Part shown: positions 19,627-29,842 of the stretch, piece after piece | Layout of the letters: each line of letters opens with the position of its first letter | How positions within the stretch are numbered: position 1 is the first letter of the stretch | NCBI GenBank assembly: GCA_016711605.1 | Contig: JADJSS010000044.1 | Location: 158,884-222,883, forward strand | Length of the DNA: 64,000 nt | Origin: Saprospirales bacterium | Lineage (GTDB): Bacteria; Bacteroidota; Bacteroidia; Chitinophagales; JADIYW01 | Direction of reading: 5' to 3' | Notes under the pieces: generated by a model | The model's input: the letters and a program-made list of their open reading frames with translations, nothing else | Database searches by the model: none | Told to the model about the DNA's origin: nothing | Program-made: the position numbers and the translations under genes

Positions 19627-21138
19627 TTACTCTTTAATTAATAAACCATAGCTATACACACTTTCCAATAAATTTTCTTGAAGATTTTCTTTATTGAAAA
19701 TATAGTTTGATGCCATCGCACCAGATGTGTATGCAGCTTCCATTAACATAGATGGAACAGGCAGTTTGACCCAATCTCCAGCTAAAAATAAATTTGGAAT
19801 TTCTGTTTTTATAGTTGGTCTGTTTTTGTATTGATTTAAATGAAATGCTGGAAAATCATCGCGATGCTGAAAATACTCATGTATTATTTTCATACCTTTT
19901 AATTCAGGAAAATAATGATACAATTCATCTAATAATTGTTTCTTAATTTGTTCATCGTCTTTTAAATCATCAGACAAAGAATATGAATGTAATTCAAAAA
20001 TTCCACCATTATTTTTTTGGCTCCAAGCAGCAGATTCTTTTTCCATTTTATGATAAAAAGTAACACTATCTAAACACTTTAATCTGTCTGTAAAAACGAA
20101 ATAAGGCAAATCTTTTTGTGTTTCAAATTTGTCTGTCCAAACACGCAAAACAGCATATCTGTCAGTACATTTGAGTGATTCAAAATTATTTTTCAAAGCA
20201 GGAAACTGATGCAAACTATCTGAATTAGCAATTAAATTTTTAGCATGTTTTACGTCTAAACTCAAAATACAATAATCAAAAATATCATCTTGAATAGTAA
20301 ATTTTTCATTCGAATATTCTATTTTATTAATTGCAGTATTTCGTTTAATTTTTCCATTATGTTTTACTATAAATTCTTTTGTTGGTTTTAAGAAAGTATG
20401 TTCAAAATCGTCGTTCAACACATCATAAATCAAACCATCATCATTACTTAAAAAATAAAAATGAAATCCTTTAATTAATTCTGCTAAACTCATTTTATGT
20501 GGTTCGGCAAAAAACGCACGAGCAAAACTATTAAATACCAAACGCATATGACTTGGCATCATGGTTTGTTTTGCAAATGTTTCAAAACTTACGCTGTCAT
20601 ATTTTTCAAATGTTTTTGTTGGATGAAAACGCAACAACTTCAAAAATGAAATCGATAATGGATTGATGAATGTAAAAAAGTTCACCACACCTTTTTTTCT
20701 CAAGTCAACAATATTTAAACCTGGTGTATTGTCGATGCCTGCAAAACCTTGCTGTTTGCCGTTTTGATAAAAAATAACATAATCAGAAATTGGAATCAGA
20801 TGTTTGTACACATCTATCTTTTTCATAAAATTTCTAAGATTATAGTACTGTCTAAAAAATGCATGAAAACCATGTTCAACTTGCAGCGTTTCACCATTGC
20901 TTTCAAACTTCCATGAACCAACTTTTCCACCTAAATAATCATTTTTTTCAAACAGCGTTACATCAAAACCACGTTCTGCTAAATTTGCAGCAGCACTTAA
21001 ACCTGCAATTCCAGCACCAATAATTGCTACTTTTTTTTGTATAGTAACATTTTTAGGCAAACTCGAATCAATAGTATTTATTGCTACTTTGTAGTTTTTT
21101 AATTTTGATTTAATTTTTGAACGCAGCCAGTTTTTCAT
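19627..21138 (-). CDS. FAD-dependent oxidoreductase (amine-oxidase fold), possibly a CrtU/CruE-like carotenoid desaturase
   Basis: 503 aa. Rossmann motif 'VAIIGAGIAGLSAAANLAERGFDVTLFEKNDYLGGK' and 'EHGFHAFFRQYYNL'. It lies at the end of the carotenoid gene string. Confidence 0.45.
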   Translation of the reverse strand: MKNWLRSKIKSKLKNYKVAINTIDSSLPKNVTIQKKVAIIGAGIAGLSAAANLAERGFDVTLFEKNDYLGGKVGSWKFESNGETLQVEHGFHAFFRQYYNLRNFMKKIDVYKHLIPISDYVIFYQNGKQQGFAGIDNTPGLNIVDLRKKGVVNFFTFINPLSISFLKLLRFHPTKTFEKYDSVSFETFAKQTMMPSHMRLVFNSFARAFFAEPHKMSLAELIKGFHFYFLSNDDGLIYDVLNDDFEHTFLKPTKEFIVKHNGKIKRNTAINKIEYSNEKFTIQDDIFDYCILSLDVKHAKNLIANSDSLHQFPALKNNFESLKCTDRYAVLRVWTDKFETQKDLPYFVFTDRLKCLDSVTFYHKMEKESAAWSQKNNGGIFELHSYSLSDDLKDDEQIKKQLLDELYHYFPELKGMKIIHEYFQHRDDFPAFHLNQYKNRPTIKTEIPNLFLAGDWVKLPVPSMLMEAAYTSGAMASNYIFNKENLQENLLESVYSYGLLIKE

Positions 21139-21150
21139 TTTATTTAGATT

Positions 21151-21183
21151 AACTTTTCTAAAGTTTTAAACTTTAGAAAAGTT
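21151..21183. other. Perfect 16-bp-arm inverted repeat between the Rieske and flavoprotein genes
   Basis: AACTTTTCTAAAGTTT-t-AAACTTTAGAAAAGTT. It overlaps the stop codon of 21182..22168 and has no U-run after it on the minus strand. Confidence 0.8.
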
Positions 21184-22168
21184 ATTGATTAATAGTTTTT
21201 CGTTTCCATAATTTCATAAACTCAAACGTCACATCATCTGATTTTATAAGCAAATCAGATTTACCAGTTTCTTGTCGAATGCGTTTATTATTTTCCAGAA
21301 ATGCAATATCTTCTTGCACTATTTTTATAGACTTATTTAACATAAATTGTTTGGCAAATGGCAATGGTAAAAATCCTAAAATATTTTTCCATAAAGTAAC
21401 CTGACACATACAAACCGTATTTTCATCCACCTGATAAAAATGTTCGTAAATCACCATGTGTCTGTCTTTGAAACGAATATCGAGTTTGGAAATATTTGGA
21501 AACCAAAATCCGAAATGTGTTTCTACTTTTTTATTATTTCCAAAATAAATGCGTTCAAAAATACTTCTGTCATTATCTCGGAAATATTGACCAATCAATG
21601 AGTGTTCATCGACTTTTACATTAAACTCAATTTGTTCATCTTTCAACGCACCCATCATTCCTTTGATAGAATTTCGATGCACATGATTGATATGATAAGC
21701 ATCAAATAAACTTTCTGCAACCAACTGCAAATCAGCATTGATAAAATGATAATTATACACCATTGGATATGCATCCATTTCGTGCATTGGTGGAATTAAT
21801 GAAACATCTATTTTTTGCTCGTCACCTATCCAAATCCAAACCGATTTATATTTTATTTCAACTTGATATTTTTTAATTTTTGCTGAAGCAGGAATGCGTT
21901 CTTCGTTTGGCAAAGATGGTATTACCACACATTTTCCTTCACAATTATATTCCCAACCATGATAACCACATTTTAAATTTTCTCCTTGAATATAACCAAG
22001 TGAAAGATTTACATTTCGGTGGCAACATCTGTCTTCTACTACGCCAATTTTTCCAGATGCTGCTTTAAAAACAACTATTTCTTCACCACAAATTTTCTTT
22101 TTGAGTGGATTTTGATGATTTAATTCATCTAAAAAACAAGCTAAATACCATTGATTGACTATGTACAT
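21182..22168 (-). CDS. Rieske [2Fe-2S] / mononuclear-iron oxygenase (PaO/Tic55/CruH-like class)
   Basis: 328 aa. Rieske motif 'CCHRNVNLSLGYIQGENLKCGYH' (CxH...CxxH) and iron motif 'ESLFDAYHINHVH' (D-x2-H-x4-H). Confidence 0.75.
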   Translation of the reverse strand: MYIVNQWYLACFLDELNHQNPLKKKICGEEIVVFKAASGKIGVVEDRCCHRNVNLSLGYIQGENLKCGYHGWEYNCEGKCVVIPSLPNEERIPASAKIKKYQVEIKYKSVWIWIGDEQKIDVSLIPPMHEMDAYPMVYNYHFINADLQLVAESLFDAYHINHVHRNSIKGMMGALKDEQIEFNVKVDEHSLIGQYFRDNDRSIFERIYFGNNKKVETHFGFWFPNISKLDIRFKDRHMVIYEHFYQVDENTVCMCQVTLWKNILGFLPLPFAKQFMLNKSIKIVQEDIAFLENNKRIRQETGKSDLLIKSDDVTFEFMKLWKRKTINQ

Positions 22169-22213
22169 ACTAATTGAGTAACAAGATAAAAATAAGTTTG
22201 TTTAGATTTTTTT

Positions 22214-22864
22214 TTATTTCAAGATGAAATTTAAAATACCAAAAAATAAAAACTGGATTATTAAGATTATGGTAGCAAATTTATTTTCAACTTTTCCATT
22301 TATGAATCTAAATAAATAAAATAAACATAACGACAACACCAACCATGCAACATAATTTTGTATTGGAATAATGCCGTTTTGCCATTGCCAAAAATCTAAT
22401 TTTATAGCTATTGGTTCAATCAAAAAATCTAATAAAGTCATTAACAAAGCAGCACAAAAACTAAACACAAAAACAGATGGTATTTTGCTCAATGATGTTG
22501 CGATGCAATATATCAATAACAACCAATTAAAACCCATCATCAACGGTACGTCAAATACTTTAAAACCAAGTGTTTTGCCATAATTGTATGTTCCAAATAC
22601 TGCTTGCGTTTTTACACCAATTACTTCAATAAAAAATCCAAATAAAAAGATAAAAATGAGTGAACAAACAAACTTAAAATTCCAATTTTTGTGAAATACA
22701 AAAGCATATACTGTTGTTACTAATAAATTAATTGGTGTGAGCTGTAAAAATAATTTTTGCTCTTCTTGATTCGTGCAACAAATTCCGCAAATGCCAACGA
22801 TATAAATAACGATGATATTGAAAACAGAAATGCGAAACCAATTATTTTTTAGGAATAAGATCAT
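22214..22864 (-). CDS. cruF: Integral-membrane carotenoid biosynthesis protein (CruF-like 1',2'-hydratase family)
   Basis: 216 aa with about 7 hydrophobic helices. Its start overlaps the upstream crtD-like gene by 23 nt. The family call rests on context and architecture. Confidence 0.5.
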   Translation of the reverse strand: MILFLKNNWFRISVFNIIVIYIVGICGICCTNQEEQKLFLQLTPINLLVTTVYAFVFHKNWNFKFVCSLIFIFLFGFFIEVIGVKTQAVFGTYNYGKTLGFKVFDVPLMMGFNWLLLIYCIATSLSKIPSVFVFSFCAALLMTLLDFLIEPIAIKLDFWQWQNGIIPIQNYVAWLVLSLCLFYLFRFINGKVENKFATIILIIQFLFFGILNFILK

Positions 22865-24353
22865 CTACAATTTTTGCTGATAAAACACTTAATGGAATGC
22901 CACCACCTGGATGCACGCTGCCACCACAAAAATACAAACCTTTTATTTTACTGCTAAAATTAGAATGGCGCAAAAATGCAGCAAATTTATTGTTCGAACT
23001 ATTTCCGTACAACGAACCTTGCCACGATAAATTTCTGGTTTCAATAATTCGAGGTTCCAAAATGTCTTCTACTTCAATTAATGATTCAATATCTTCGTTT
23101 AGAATTCTGCTCAATTTAGCAATAATATTTTTTCGTGCATTTTTTATTAAGGTGTCCCAATCTTGACCAGTATGTGGTGGTGTATTAATCATTACAAACC
23201 AATTTTCACAACCTTTTGGCGCGTCATCTTTTTCGTATTTTGATGAAATATTAATATAAATAGTTAAATCTTCTGCTAAACTTTGTTGTTTAAAAAATCT
23301 ATCAAATTCGTGTTTATAATCTTTACTGAAAAAGATATTATGCAAACCTAATTCAGGAAATTCTTTTTTTATTCCAAGATAAAAAACCATAGCTGACAAT
23401 GCTCTTGGCTGATTTAATGTTTTTTCTGGATGCTTTTCGTTAGGCAATAATTTACGATATGTATAAGCAACATCCATATTGCTAATCACCAAATCAACTG
23501 GTAAAAATTCAGATTTCGCAACGTCTATATGTTTGTTGTCTTCTCGTTTTACTTCATTAAAACTTAAGCCAATTACTTTTTTCTTTTCTACTTTTATTTC
23601 ATTCACTTTTGTATTGAAATGAAAGTGCACACCGAGCTCAACTGCTAAATTATATACTGAACGAGAAATAGAAACCATGCCTCCTTTTGGAAAAAACGCG
23701 CCTACATTATGTTCCAAATGTGGAATTACATTTAATGTTCCTGGTGCTTCGTATGGATTAGAACCATTGTAAGTGGCAAAGCGGTCAAAATACTGCACCA
23801 ATTTTGCATCCTTAAATTTTTTATGATTGATGTCGTGCATCGTCGTAAATAAATTCAATGTTTTTAGATTGGCACTGATTTTCATTAAATCAATAAATGA
23901 AAAATTCTCGTAATGATGAATGGATTGATGCAAAAAAGTTTCAGCAGTTAATTCATATAATTTTTTACTGTTTTCGAAATGATGTAAAATATCTTTTTTA
24001 TTTCCATTTAATTGAACAGCCATTTCATCAGCTGATTTTTCAGCACTTGCATGGGTTTTATAACGCGTACCATCTTCATAAAAATAATGCGTAATTGGAT
24101 CTAATTTTTGATATGGACAATAATCAGAAAATTTTTTGCCTACAGTTGCAAATAAATCTTCAAAATATTCAGGCATCGTAAATAAACTTGGTCCAGCATC
24201 AAAACGATAATTTCCGATAGAAATTTCACATAATTTTCCACCTGGATAGCCATTTGCTTCAAACACGTGTACTTCATAACCGCGCGCTGCCATACGAACT
24301 GCACTTGATAAACCAGCAATTCCACTTCCAATTATTCCAACTTTTTTCTTCAT
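22842..24353 (-). CDS. crtD: Phytoene-desaturase-family enzyme, probably CrtD (hydroxycarotenoid 3,4-desaturase)
   Basis: 503 aa with 'KKVGIIGSGIAGLSSAVRMAARGYEVHVFEANGYPGGK' and 'FDAGPSLFTMP'. It is a second CrtI paralogue, coupled to the cruF-like gene. Confidence 0.6.
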   Translation of the reverse strand: MKKKVGIIGSGIAGLSSAVRMAARGYEVHVFEANGYPGGKLCEISIGNYRFDAGPSLFTMPEYFEDLFATVGKKFSDYCPYQKLDPITHYFYEDGTRYKTHASAEKSADEMAVQLNGNKKDILHHFENSKKLYELTAETFLHQSIHHYENFSFIDLMKISANLKTLNLFTTMHDINHKKFKDAKLVQYFDRFATYNGSNPYEAPGTLNVIPHLEHNVGAFFPKGGMVSISRSVYNLAVELGVHFHFNTKVNEIKVEKKKVIGLSFNEVKREDNKHIDVAKSEFLPVDLVISNMDVAYTYRKLLPNEKHPEKTLNQPRALSAMVFYLGIKKEFPELGLHNIFFSKDYKHEFDRFFKQQSLAEDLTIYINISSKYEKDDAPKGCENWFVMINTPPHTGQDWDTLIKNARKNIIAKLSRILNEDIESLIEVEDILEPRIIETRNLSWQGSLYGNSSNNKFAAFLRHSNFSSKIKGLYFCGGSVHPGGGIPLSVLSAKIVDDLIPKK

Positions 24354-24520
24354 AATTACAAAATAAACTAATTAAGTGCCATTTTGTTTAATAAACATTT
24401 AAAAAAATTATCTTTTATCAAACATCTATCAAAAATATTCAACAATTAACCAACAAAGTTTCAGTATCTTAAACAATAAGTCTTAATTTGTGTTGATAGA
24501 TACATAAATTTTATTTTTTT

Positions 24521-25999
24521 GTGAGTAAGAAGGTTTTAATAATTGGATCCGGTTTAGGAAGTTTAGCAACAGCATTGCGTTTAACAAAGCATGGTTATCA
24601 GGTTGAAATAGTTGAAAAACATCATCAAGCAGGTGGACGATTAAATCAATTAAAAAAAGATGGTTTTACATTTGATGTTGGTCCTTCATTTTTTAGTATG
24701 AGCTATGAATTTACAGAATTGTTTGAATATTGCAATATTCCAAATCCATTGCAAATGAACGAACTCAATCCTGTTTACACCGTTTATTTTGCAGACAAAA
24801 AAGATCCTTATTTTATTTACAAAGAACTCGATAAATTAGCACAGGAATTTTCAAAAATTGAAGAAAATTTTGAAGAAAAAGCAAAGAAATACTTAAAAAA
24901 AGCAGCAGAAATCTTTCACGACACAGAACATGTCATCATCAAAAGAAATTACGATAATTTATTTCAATATGCAGTTTCATTAGCAACGGTTCCAATGAAA
25001 CATTCGCCATTGTTGGTCCGTTCGATGTGGACACAATTAGAGCGTCATTTTGATTCGAATGATGTGAAAGTAATTTTTTCACTGGTTGCATTTTTTTTAG
25101 GTTCTACACCATTTGACACACCAGCCGTTTATAGTTTATTAAATTATACTGAACTACAACACGATGGCTATTGGAACATTAAAGGTGGTATGTATAAAAT
25201 AGTAGAAGAAATACAAAAAATACTTATTAATCGTGATGTAAAATTTCATTTTAATACCGAAATTGTAGATATTAAAACTAGTGAAAAAAATATAGATTAT
25301 TTTGTCGACCAAAATGGCAAACAATGGAATGCAGATATTTATGTTTGCAACTCTGATGCTGCTGCATTTCGCGGACAAATTTTAAAACGAAAAAAATTCT
25401 CTAAACCAAAGTTAGATAAGAAACATTGGACGTTGGCGCCATTTACAATTTATTTAGGTGTGAAAGGAAAAGTAAAAAATTTACATCATCATAATTATTT
25501 TTTAGGAACCAATTTTAAAGAATATGCAGATAATATTTTTAAACTTTCTGTCAATCCTGAAAAACCTTATTATTATGTAAACGTTTCTTCAAAATCTAAT
25601 GAAGAATGTGCACCTGAAGGTTGTGAAAATATATTTATACTTTGTCCAGTTCCTGACCGTCGTTACAAACATGACTGGAGCGACCGCGAAGAATTGGCTG
25701 CTAATATTTTAAAAGATTTATCCAAAAGAATTGATTTTGACTTGATAGAAAACACCGTTTCAAAAACAATTTATGCACCAGATGATTGGGAAAAAATGTT
25801 CAATTTGTATCAAGGTTCTGGCTTAGGATTGGCACATGGTTTGAATCAAGTTGCAGCTATGCGACCAAAAAATAAAGACGAAAAATTAGACAATTTATAT
25901 TACGTTGGCGCAAGCACTATTCCAGGAACTGGCTTGCCAATTGTAGTAATCGGATCAAAATTAGTAACAGAAAGAATTTTAGAAGATGGAAAAAGATAG
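24521..25999 (+). CDS. crtI: Phytoene desaturase
   Basis: 492 aa with 'VLIIGSGLGSLATALRLTKHGYQVEIVEKHHQAGGR' and 'FDVGPSFFSM'. It overlaps the crtB start by 14 nt. Confidence 0.8.
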   Translation: MSKKVLIIGSGLGSLATALRLTKHGYQVEIVEKHHQAGGRLNQLKKDGFTFDVGPSFFSMSYEFTELFEYCNIPNPLQMNELNPVYTVYFADKKDPYFIYKELDKLAQEFSKIEENFEEKAKKYLKKAAEIFHDTEHVIIKRNYDNLFQYAVSLATVPMKHSPLLVRSMWTQLERHFDSNDVKVIFSLVAFFLGSTPFDTPAVYSLLNYTELQHDGYWNIKGGMYKIVEEIQKILINRDVKFHFNTEIVDIKTSEKNIDYFVDQNGKQWNADIYVCNSDAAAFRGQILKRKKFSKPKLDKKHWTLAPFTIYLGVKGKVKNLHHHNYFLGTNFKEYADNIFKLSVNPEKPYYYVNVSSKSNEECAPEGCENIFILCPVPDRRYKHDWSDREELAANILKDLSKRIDFDLIENTVSKTIYAPDDWEKMFNLYQGSGLGLAHGLNQVAAMRPKNKDEKLDNLYYVGASTIPGTGLPIVVIGSKLVTERILEDGKR

Positions 26000-26837
26000 C
26001 ATCGCATTATATAATCAAACATGCATGCAATGCAGTGAATTAATTACCAAAAATTATTCCACTTCATTTTCATTAGGCATTCGTGTTTTTGATAAAGAAT
26101 TCAGAAATCCAATTTATGGAATTTATGGTTTTGTTCGCTTTGCTGATGAAATTGTAGATACATTTCATCAACACAACAAAAAAGAATTGCTGGATGATTT
26201 TCGCATGGAAACATTTAAAGCCATCGAACAAAAAATAAGTTTAAATCCAGCGTTACATAGTTTTCAATTAGTAGTAAATGAATTTGAAATTGAACATCAG
26301 TTAATCATTGATTTTTTAGATTCTATGGAAATGGATTTATATAAAACTACTTATGAAAGTAAAGAAATGTATAACAAATATATTTACGGTTCAGCTGAAG
26401 TGGTAGGTTTAATGTGCTTACAAATTTTCAGTAAACGTGATAAAAATTTGTTCGACCAATTAGCGCCTTATGCTAAAAGTTTAGGTGCTGCTTTTCAGAA
26501 AATAAATTTCTTACGCGATATGAACAGCGATAAAGAAGAACGAGGTCGTGTTTATTTTCCTGGAATTGATTTAACGCATTTTGATGAATCTACCAAACAA
26601 GAAATTTTAAAAGATATTCAACAAGATTTTGATGAAGCATTGATTGGTATTAAGTTGTTACCAAAAGGTGCTCGACGTGGTGTTTACTTAGCTTACGTTT
26701 ATTACTTAAATTTATTCAATAATATTCGTAAAGCATCCATTGAAAAAATATTACAAGAACGAATTCGTGTTAGCGATAAAAGAAAAGCGTATTTATTGAT
26801 GAATACAATGGTGAAAAATCAATTTAATTTGTTGTAA
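25986..26837 (+). CDS. crtB: Phytoene synthase
   Basis: 283 aa with 'YGFVRFADEIVD', 'YGSAEVVGLM' and 'LGAAFQKINFLRD' (squalene/phytoene synthase motifs). Confidence 0.85.
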   Translation: MEKDSIALYNQTCMQCSELITKNYSTSFSLGIRVFDKEFRNPIYGIYGFVRFADEIVDTFHQHNKKELLDDFRMETFKAIEQKISLNPALHSFQLVVNEFEIEHQLIIDFLDSMEMDLYKTTYESKEMYNKYIYGSAEVVGLMCLQIFSKRDKNLFDQLAPYAKSLGAAFQKINFLRDMNSDKEERGRVYFPGIDLTHFDESTKQEILKDIQQDFDEALIGIKLLPKGARRGVYLAYVYYLNLFNNIRKASIEKILQERIRVSDKRKAYLLMNTMVKNQFNLL

Positions 26838-26846
26838 TATTGAGTA

Positions 26847-27524
26847 TTGTCTGCAAAATACACATACTTATTTTTAATGCTCGGAACCATAGTTGGCCCA
26901 GTTTTATTGAGTTTCGATAAACGTGTTTCGTTTTACAAAAAATGGAAATTTTTACCAATTCCATTATTCATCACACTTCTTTATTTTGTAATTTGGGATT
27001 CCTATTTCACCAAAATTGGCATTTGGAATTTTAATGATAATTATATCATCGGTAAGAAAATGCTTGCGTTGCCAATCGAAGAATGGTTGTTTTTTATTTT
27101 TGTTCCTTTTGCATGTATTTTTATTTATGAATGCACTAATTTTTATATCAAAAAAGATATTTTACAAAACTACGCGTATAAAATAAATGGAATTATTTTG
27201 TTGATTATTTCTGTAGTTGCCATTTTAAATTTTCACAAAACCTATACTGCTTTTAATTTTATTTCTGCTGTCATTTTAATGGCTTACATTCAATTTATTT
27301 TGAAACCAACTTGGCTTGGAAGATTTTATATTGGTTATTTTATCTCACTAATTCCATTTTTTTTAGTGAATGGAATTTTAACCTATTTGCCAGTGGTAAC
27401 TTATAATAATGCAGAAAATTTAGCAATTCGAATTTTCACCATTCCAATAGAAGACACTATTTATTGTTTACTTTTATTATTGATGAATGTAACGATGTAT
27501 GAATGGCTAAAACAACGAAAGTAA
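26847..27524 (+). CDS. Lycopene cyclase domain protein (fused CrtYc/CrtYd type)
   Basis: 225 aa membrane protein with two similar halves ('PIEEWLFF', 'IPIEDTIY'). It lies directly after crtB. Confidence 0.7.
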   Translation: MSAKYTYLFLMLGTIVGPVLLSFDKRVSFYKKWKFLPIPLFITLLYFVIWDSYFTKIGIWNFNDNYIIGKKMLALPIEEWLFFIFVPFACIFIYECTNFYIKKDILQNYAYKINGIILLIISVVAILNFHKTYTAFNFISAVILMAYIQFILKPTWLGRFYIGYFISLIPFFLVNGILTYLPVVTYNNAENLAIRIFTIPIEDTIYCLLLLLMNVTMYEWLKQRK

Positions 27525-27535
27525 AGCTAAAACTG

Positions 27536-28315
27536 TCATTCTTTTTTAATAATTATACTTTCGCTTTTATTCATATCTGATTTTAGAATTATTTCTTTCA
27601 ATACTTTATTGTTTTGTTTAATAGATATGGATGCAGTATTTGGTGGTTCGGTTCCTAAATTATGTGCAAATAAGATAAGTTCATTCATTCCATTTTTACA
27701 AACAACTTTTATTTTTTTCTGAAGATGTCTAAGAGTATAATTTGCTAAAACTTTTTCTTCGTTCATGTAAAACGAAATGATGTCGCCATCTTCTTTTAAG
27801 TTGTCCCAAATACTAATTTCTATAGTATCATTTGTCACAAAAACTGTATCCAAAGGCAATACTTTTCTTCCGAAAAAATCATTTTTTCTAAATGTAAATG
27901 AAGTCTTTTTATTATATTTTTCAAGTGCCGACAAACTAAAACATTCTTCTTTTTGGTCTATAGAAATGCAACTTCCTTCTAAAATCATTTTATTCTTTTT
28001 AATTTTGAGATGTTCTTTTCCCAACACAAAACACAAACTAAAATTAGAATCTACATTTTGTTCCAATATTCTTTTAGTTTGATATTCTAAAATTCCATTT
28101 TCTAAAAAACCTTCAATATATACATTCGCATGTCCGATATCTTCTGGAAATTCAACATAACCAATACCAGAAATGCTATCTTTATTTTGAAATAAATCTA
28201 ATGTTATTTTTGATGAATTTAAATGTCCACCAATCCAACGACCAGTAATATCTTGTGCATCCAAACTAAATGTGGTGAATGTTAGTAGTATAATTATGAA
28301 TGTTCGCACTATCAT
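27536..28315 (-). CDS. Hypothetical exported protein
   Basis: ORF 27536..28372. The probable start is 'MIVRTFIIILLTFTTFSLDAQ' at 28315. No family recognised. Confidence 0.45.
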   Translation of the reverse strand: MIVRTFIIILLTFTTFSLDAQDITGRWIGGHLNSSKITLDLFQNKDSISGIGYVEFPEDIGHANVYIEGFLENGILEYQTKRILEQNVDSNFSLCFVLGKEHLKIKKNKMILEGSCISIDQKEECFSLSALEKYNKKTSFTFRKNDFFGRKVLPLDTVFVTNDTIEISIWDNLKEDGDIISFYMNEEKVLANYTLRHLQKKIKVVCKNGMNELILFAHNLGTEPPNTASISIKQNNKVLKEIILKSDMNKSESIIIKKE

Positions 28316-28443
28316 ATAAATAATACAAATTAAGTTAGCAAATAAAATTAAGAATTGCAAAACAATAATCACTATTAAAGTTGTGATGATGTATTTTAAT
28401 GCTGAAAATAAAATGTAAATTTGTTACTGAAATTAATTAGAAG

Positions 28444-29139
28444 ATGAACAAAGTAGTTAAAAATGCCGATGAAGCCATTCAAGGTTTAGAAGATAATATG
28501 ACCATTATTTTAGGTGGATTTGGATTGTGTGGAATTCCTGAAAACAGCATTGCTGCATTAGTAAAAAAAGGCGTTAAAGGTTTGACATGCATTTCTAACA
28601 ATGCTGGTGTTGATGGATTTGGTTTAGGATTACTTTTACAACAACATCAGATAAAAAAAATGATTTCATCGTATGTTGGTGAAAATGCAGAATTTGAGCG
28701 ACAACTATTAAGTGGTGAATTAGAAGTAGAATTAATTCCACAAGGAACATTGGCTGAACGTTGCAGAGCTGGTGCTGCAGGCATTCCAGCATTTTTTACA
28801 CCAGCTGGTTATGCAACAGAAGTTGCAGATGGAAAAGAAGTGCGTGAATTTCATGGAAAAATGTATGTAATGGAACATTGGCTGAAAGCTGATTTTGCTA
28901 TAATAAAAGCATGGAAAGGTGATACGCATGGTAATTTAATATTTAGAAAAACGACAAGAAATTTTAACATGCCAATGGCTGGCGCTGGAAAAATTACCAT
29001 TGCTGAAGTAGAAGAATTAGTACCTGCTGGCGAACTCGATCCAGACCAAATTCATACACCTGGAATTTTTGTAAAAAGAATTTTTCAAGGCGAGAAATTT
29101 GAAAAAAGAATTGAACAGCGAACGGTTCGACCTAAATAA
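28444..29139 (+). CDS. scoA: 3-oxoacid CoA-transferase subunit A
   Basis: 231 aa with '[10 protein letters not shown]' and '[13 protein letters not shown]'. Confidence 0.85.
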   Translation: MNKVVKNADEAIQGLEDNMTIILGGFGLCGIPENSIAALVKKGVKGLTCISNNAGVDGFGLGLLLQQHQIKKMISSYVGENAEFERQLLSGELEVELIPQGTLAERCRAGAAGIPAFFTPAGYATEVADGKEVREFHGKMYVMEHWLKADFAIIKAWKGDTHGNLIFRKTTRNFNMPMAGAGKITIAEVEELVPAGELDPDQIHTPGIFVKRIFQGEKFEKRIEQRTVRPK

Positions 29140-29140
29140 A

Positions 29141-29180
29141 TTTTCAAATTGACACATTTTCAAATTTTCAAATTAAAAGT
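29141..29180 (+). repeat. Degenerate period-8 tandem repeat filling the scoA-scoB spacer
   Basis: TTTTCAAA TTGACACA TTTTCAAA TTTTCAAA TTAAAAGT, followed directly by the ATG at 29181. Confidence 0.7.
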
Positions 29181-29834
29181 ATGCTCGATAAAAACGGAAT
29201 TGCAAAACGAATTGCGCAAGAATTAAAAGATGGTTACTATGTAAATCTTGGAATTGGAATTCCAACCTTGGTAGCCAATTATATTCCTGAAGGAATGGAT
29301 ATTACTTTTCAATCTGAAAATGGTATGTTAGGCATGGGTCCGTTTCCTGTAGAAGGCGAAGAAGATGCAGATTTGATAAATGCAGGCAAACAAACCGTTA
29401 CCATTTTAGAAGGTGGTTCGTACTTTGATTCTGCAACCAGTTTTGCGATGATACGCGGCGAACATGTAGATTTAACAGTGCTTGGCGCCATGGAAGTTTC
29501 TGAAACTGGTGATATTGCCAATTGGAAAATTCCAGGAAAAATGGTGAAAGGAATGGGTGGTGCGATGGACTTGGTGGCTTCTGCGAAAAATATTATTGTT
29601 GCCATGCAACACGTTAATAAAGCTGGTGAATCTAAGTTGTTGCCCAAATGTTCATTGCCACTAACTGGTGTTGGTTGTGTAAAAAGAATTGTTACCGAAT
29701 TAGCTGTTTTTGATGTTACCGAAAATGGTTTCAAATTAATAGAGCGCGCGCCTGGTGTTAGTGTAGAAGAAATACAAAAAGCAACAGAAGGAAAATTAAT
29801 AGTTGATGGCGAAATTCCTGAAATGAAAATTTAA
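29181..29834 (+). CDS. scoB: 3-oxoacid CoA-transferase subunit B
   Basis: 217 aa with '[12 protein letters not shown]' (catalytic Glu motif). Confidence 0.85.
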   Translation: MLDKNGIAKRIAQELKDGYYVNLGIGIPTLVANYIPEGMDITFQSENGMLGMGPFPVEGEEDADLINAGKQTVTILEGGSYFDSATSFAMIRGEHVDLTVLGAMEVSETGDIANWKIPGKMVKGMGGAMDLVASAKNIIVAMQHVNKAGESKLLPKCSLPLTGVGCVKRIVTELAVFDVTENGFKLIERAPGVSVEEIQKATEGKLIVDGEIPEMKI

Positions 29835-29842
29835 TTACAATC

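Noticed and set aside
24354-24520. 8-bp inverted repeat ATCTATCA (24424-24431) / TGATAGAT (24494-24501) in the divergent crtD/crtI promoter region, considered as an operator for a light- or redox-responsive regulator
   Set aside because: An 8-bp match about 60 bp apart in a 167-bp AT-rich spacer is plausible by chance. No regulator gene (LitR/CarH/MerR-like) lies in the window. It is worth a look only if a genome-wide motif emerges.
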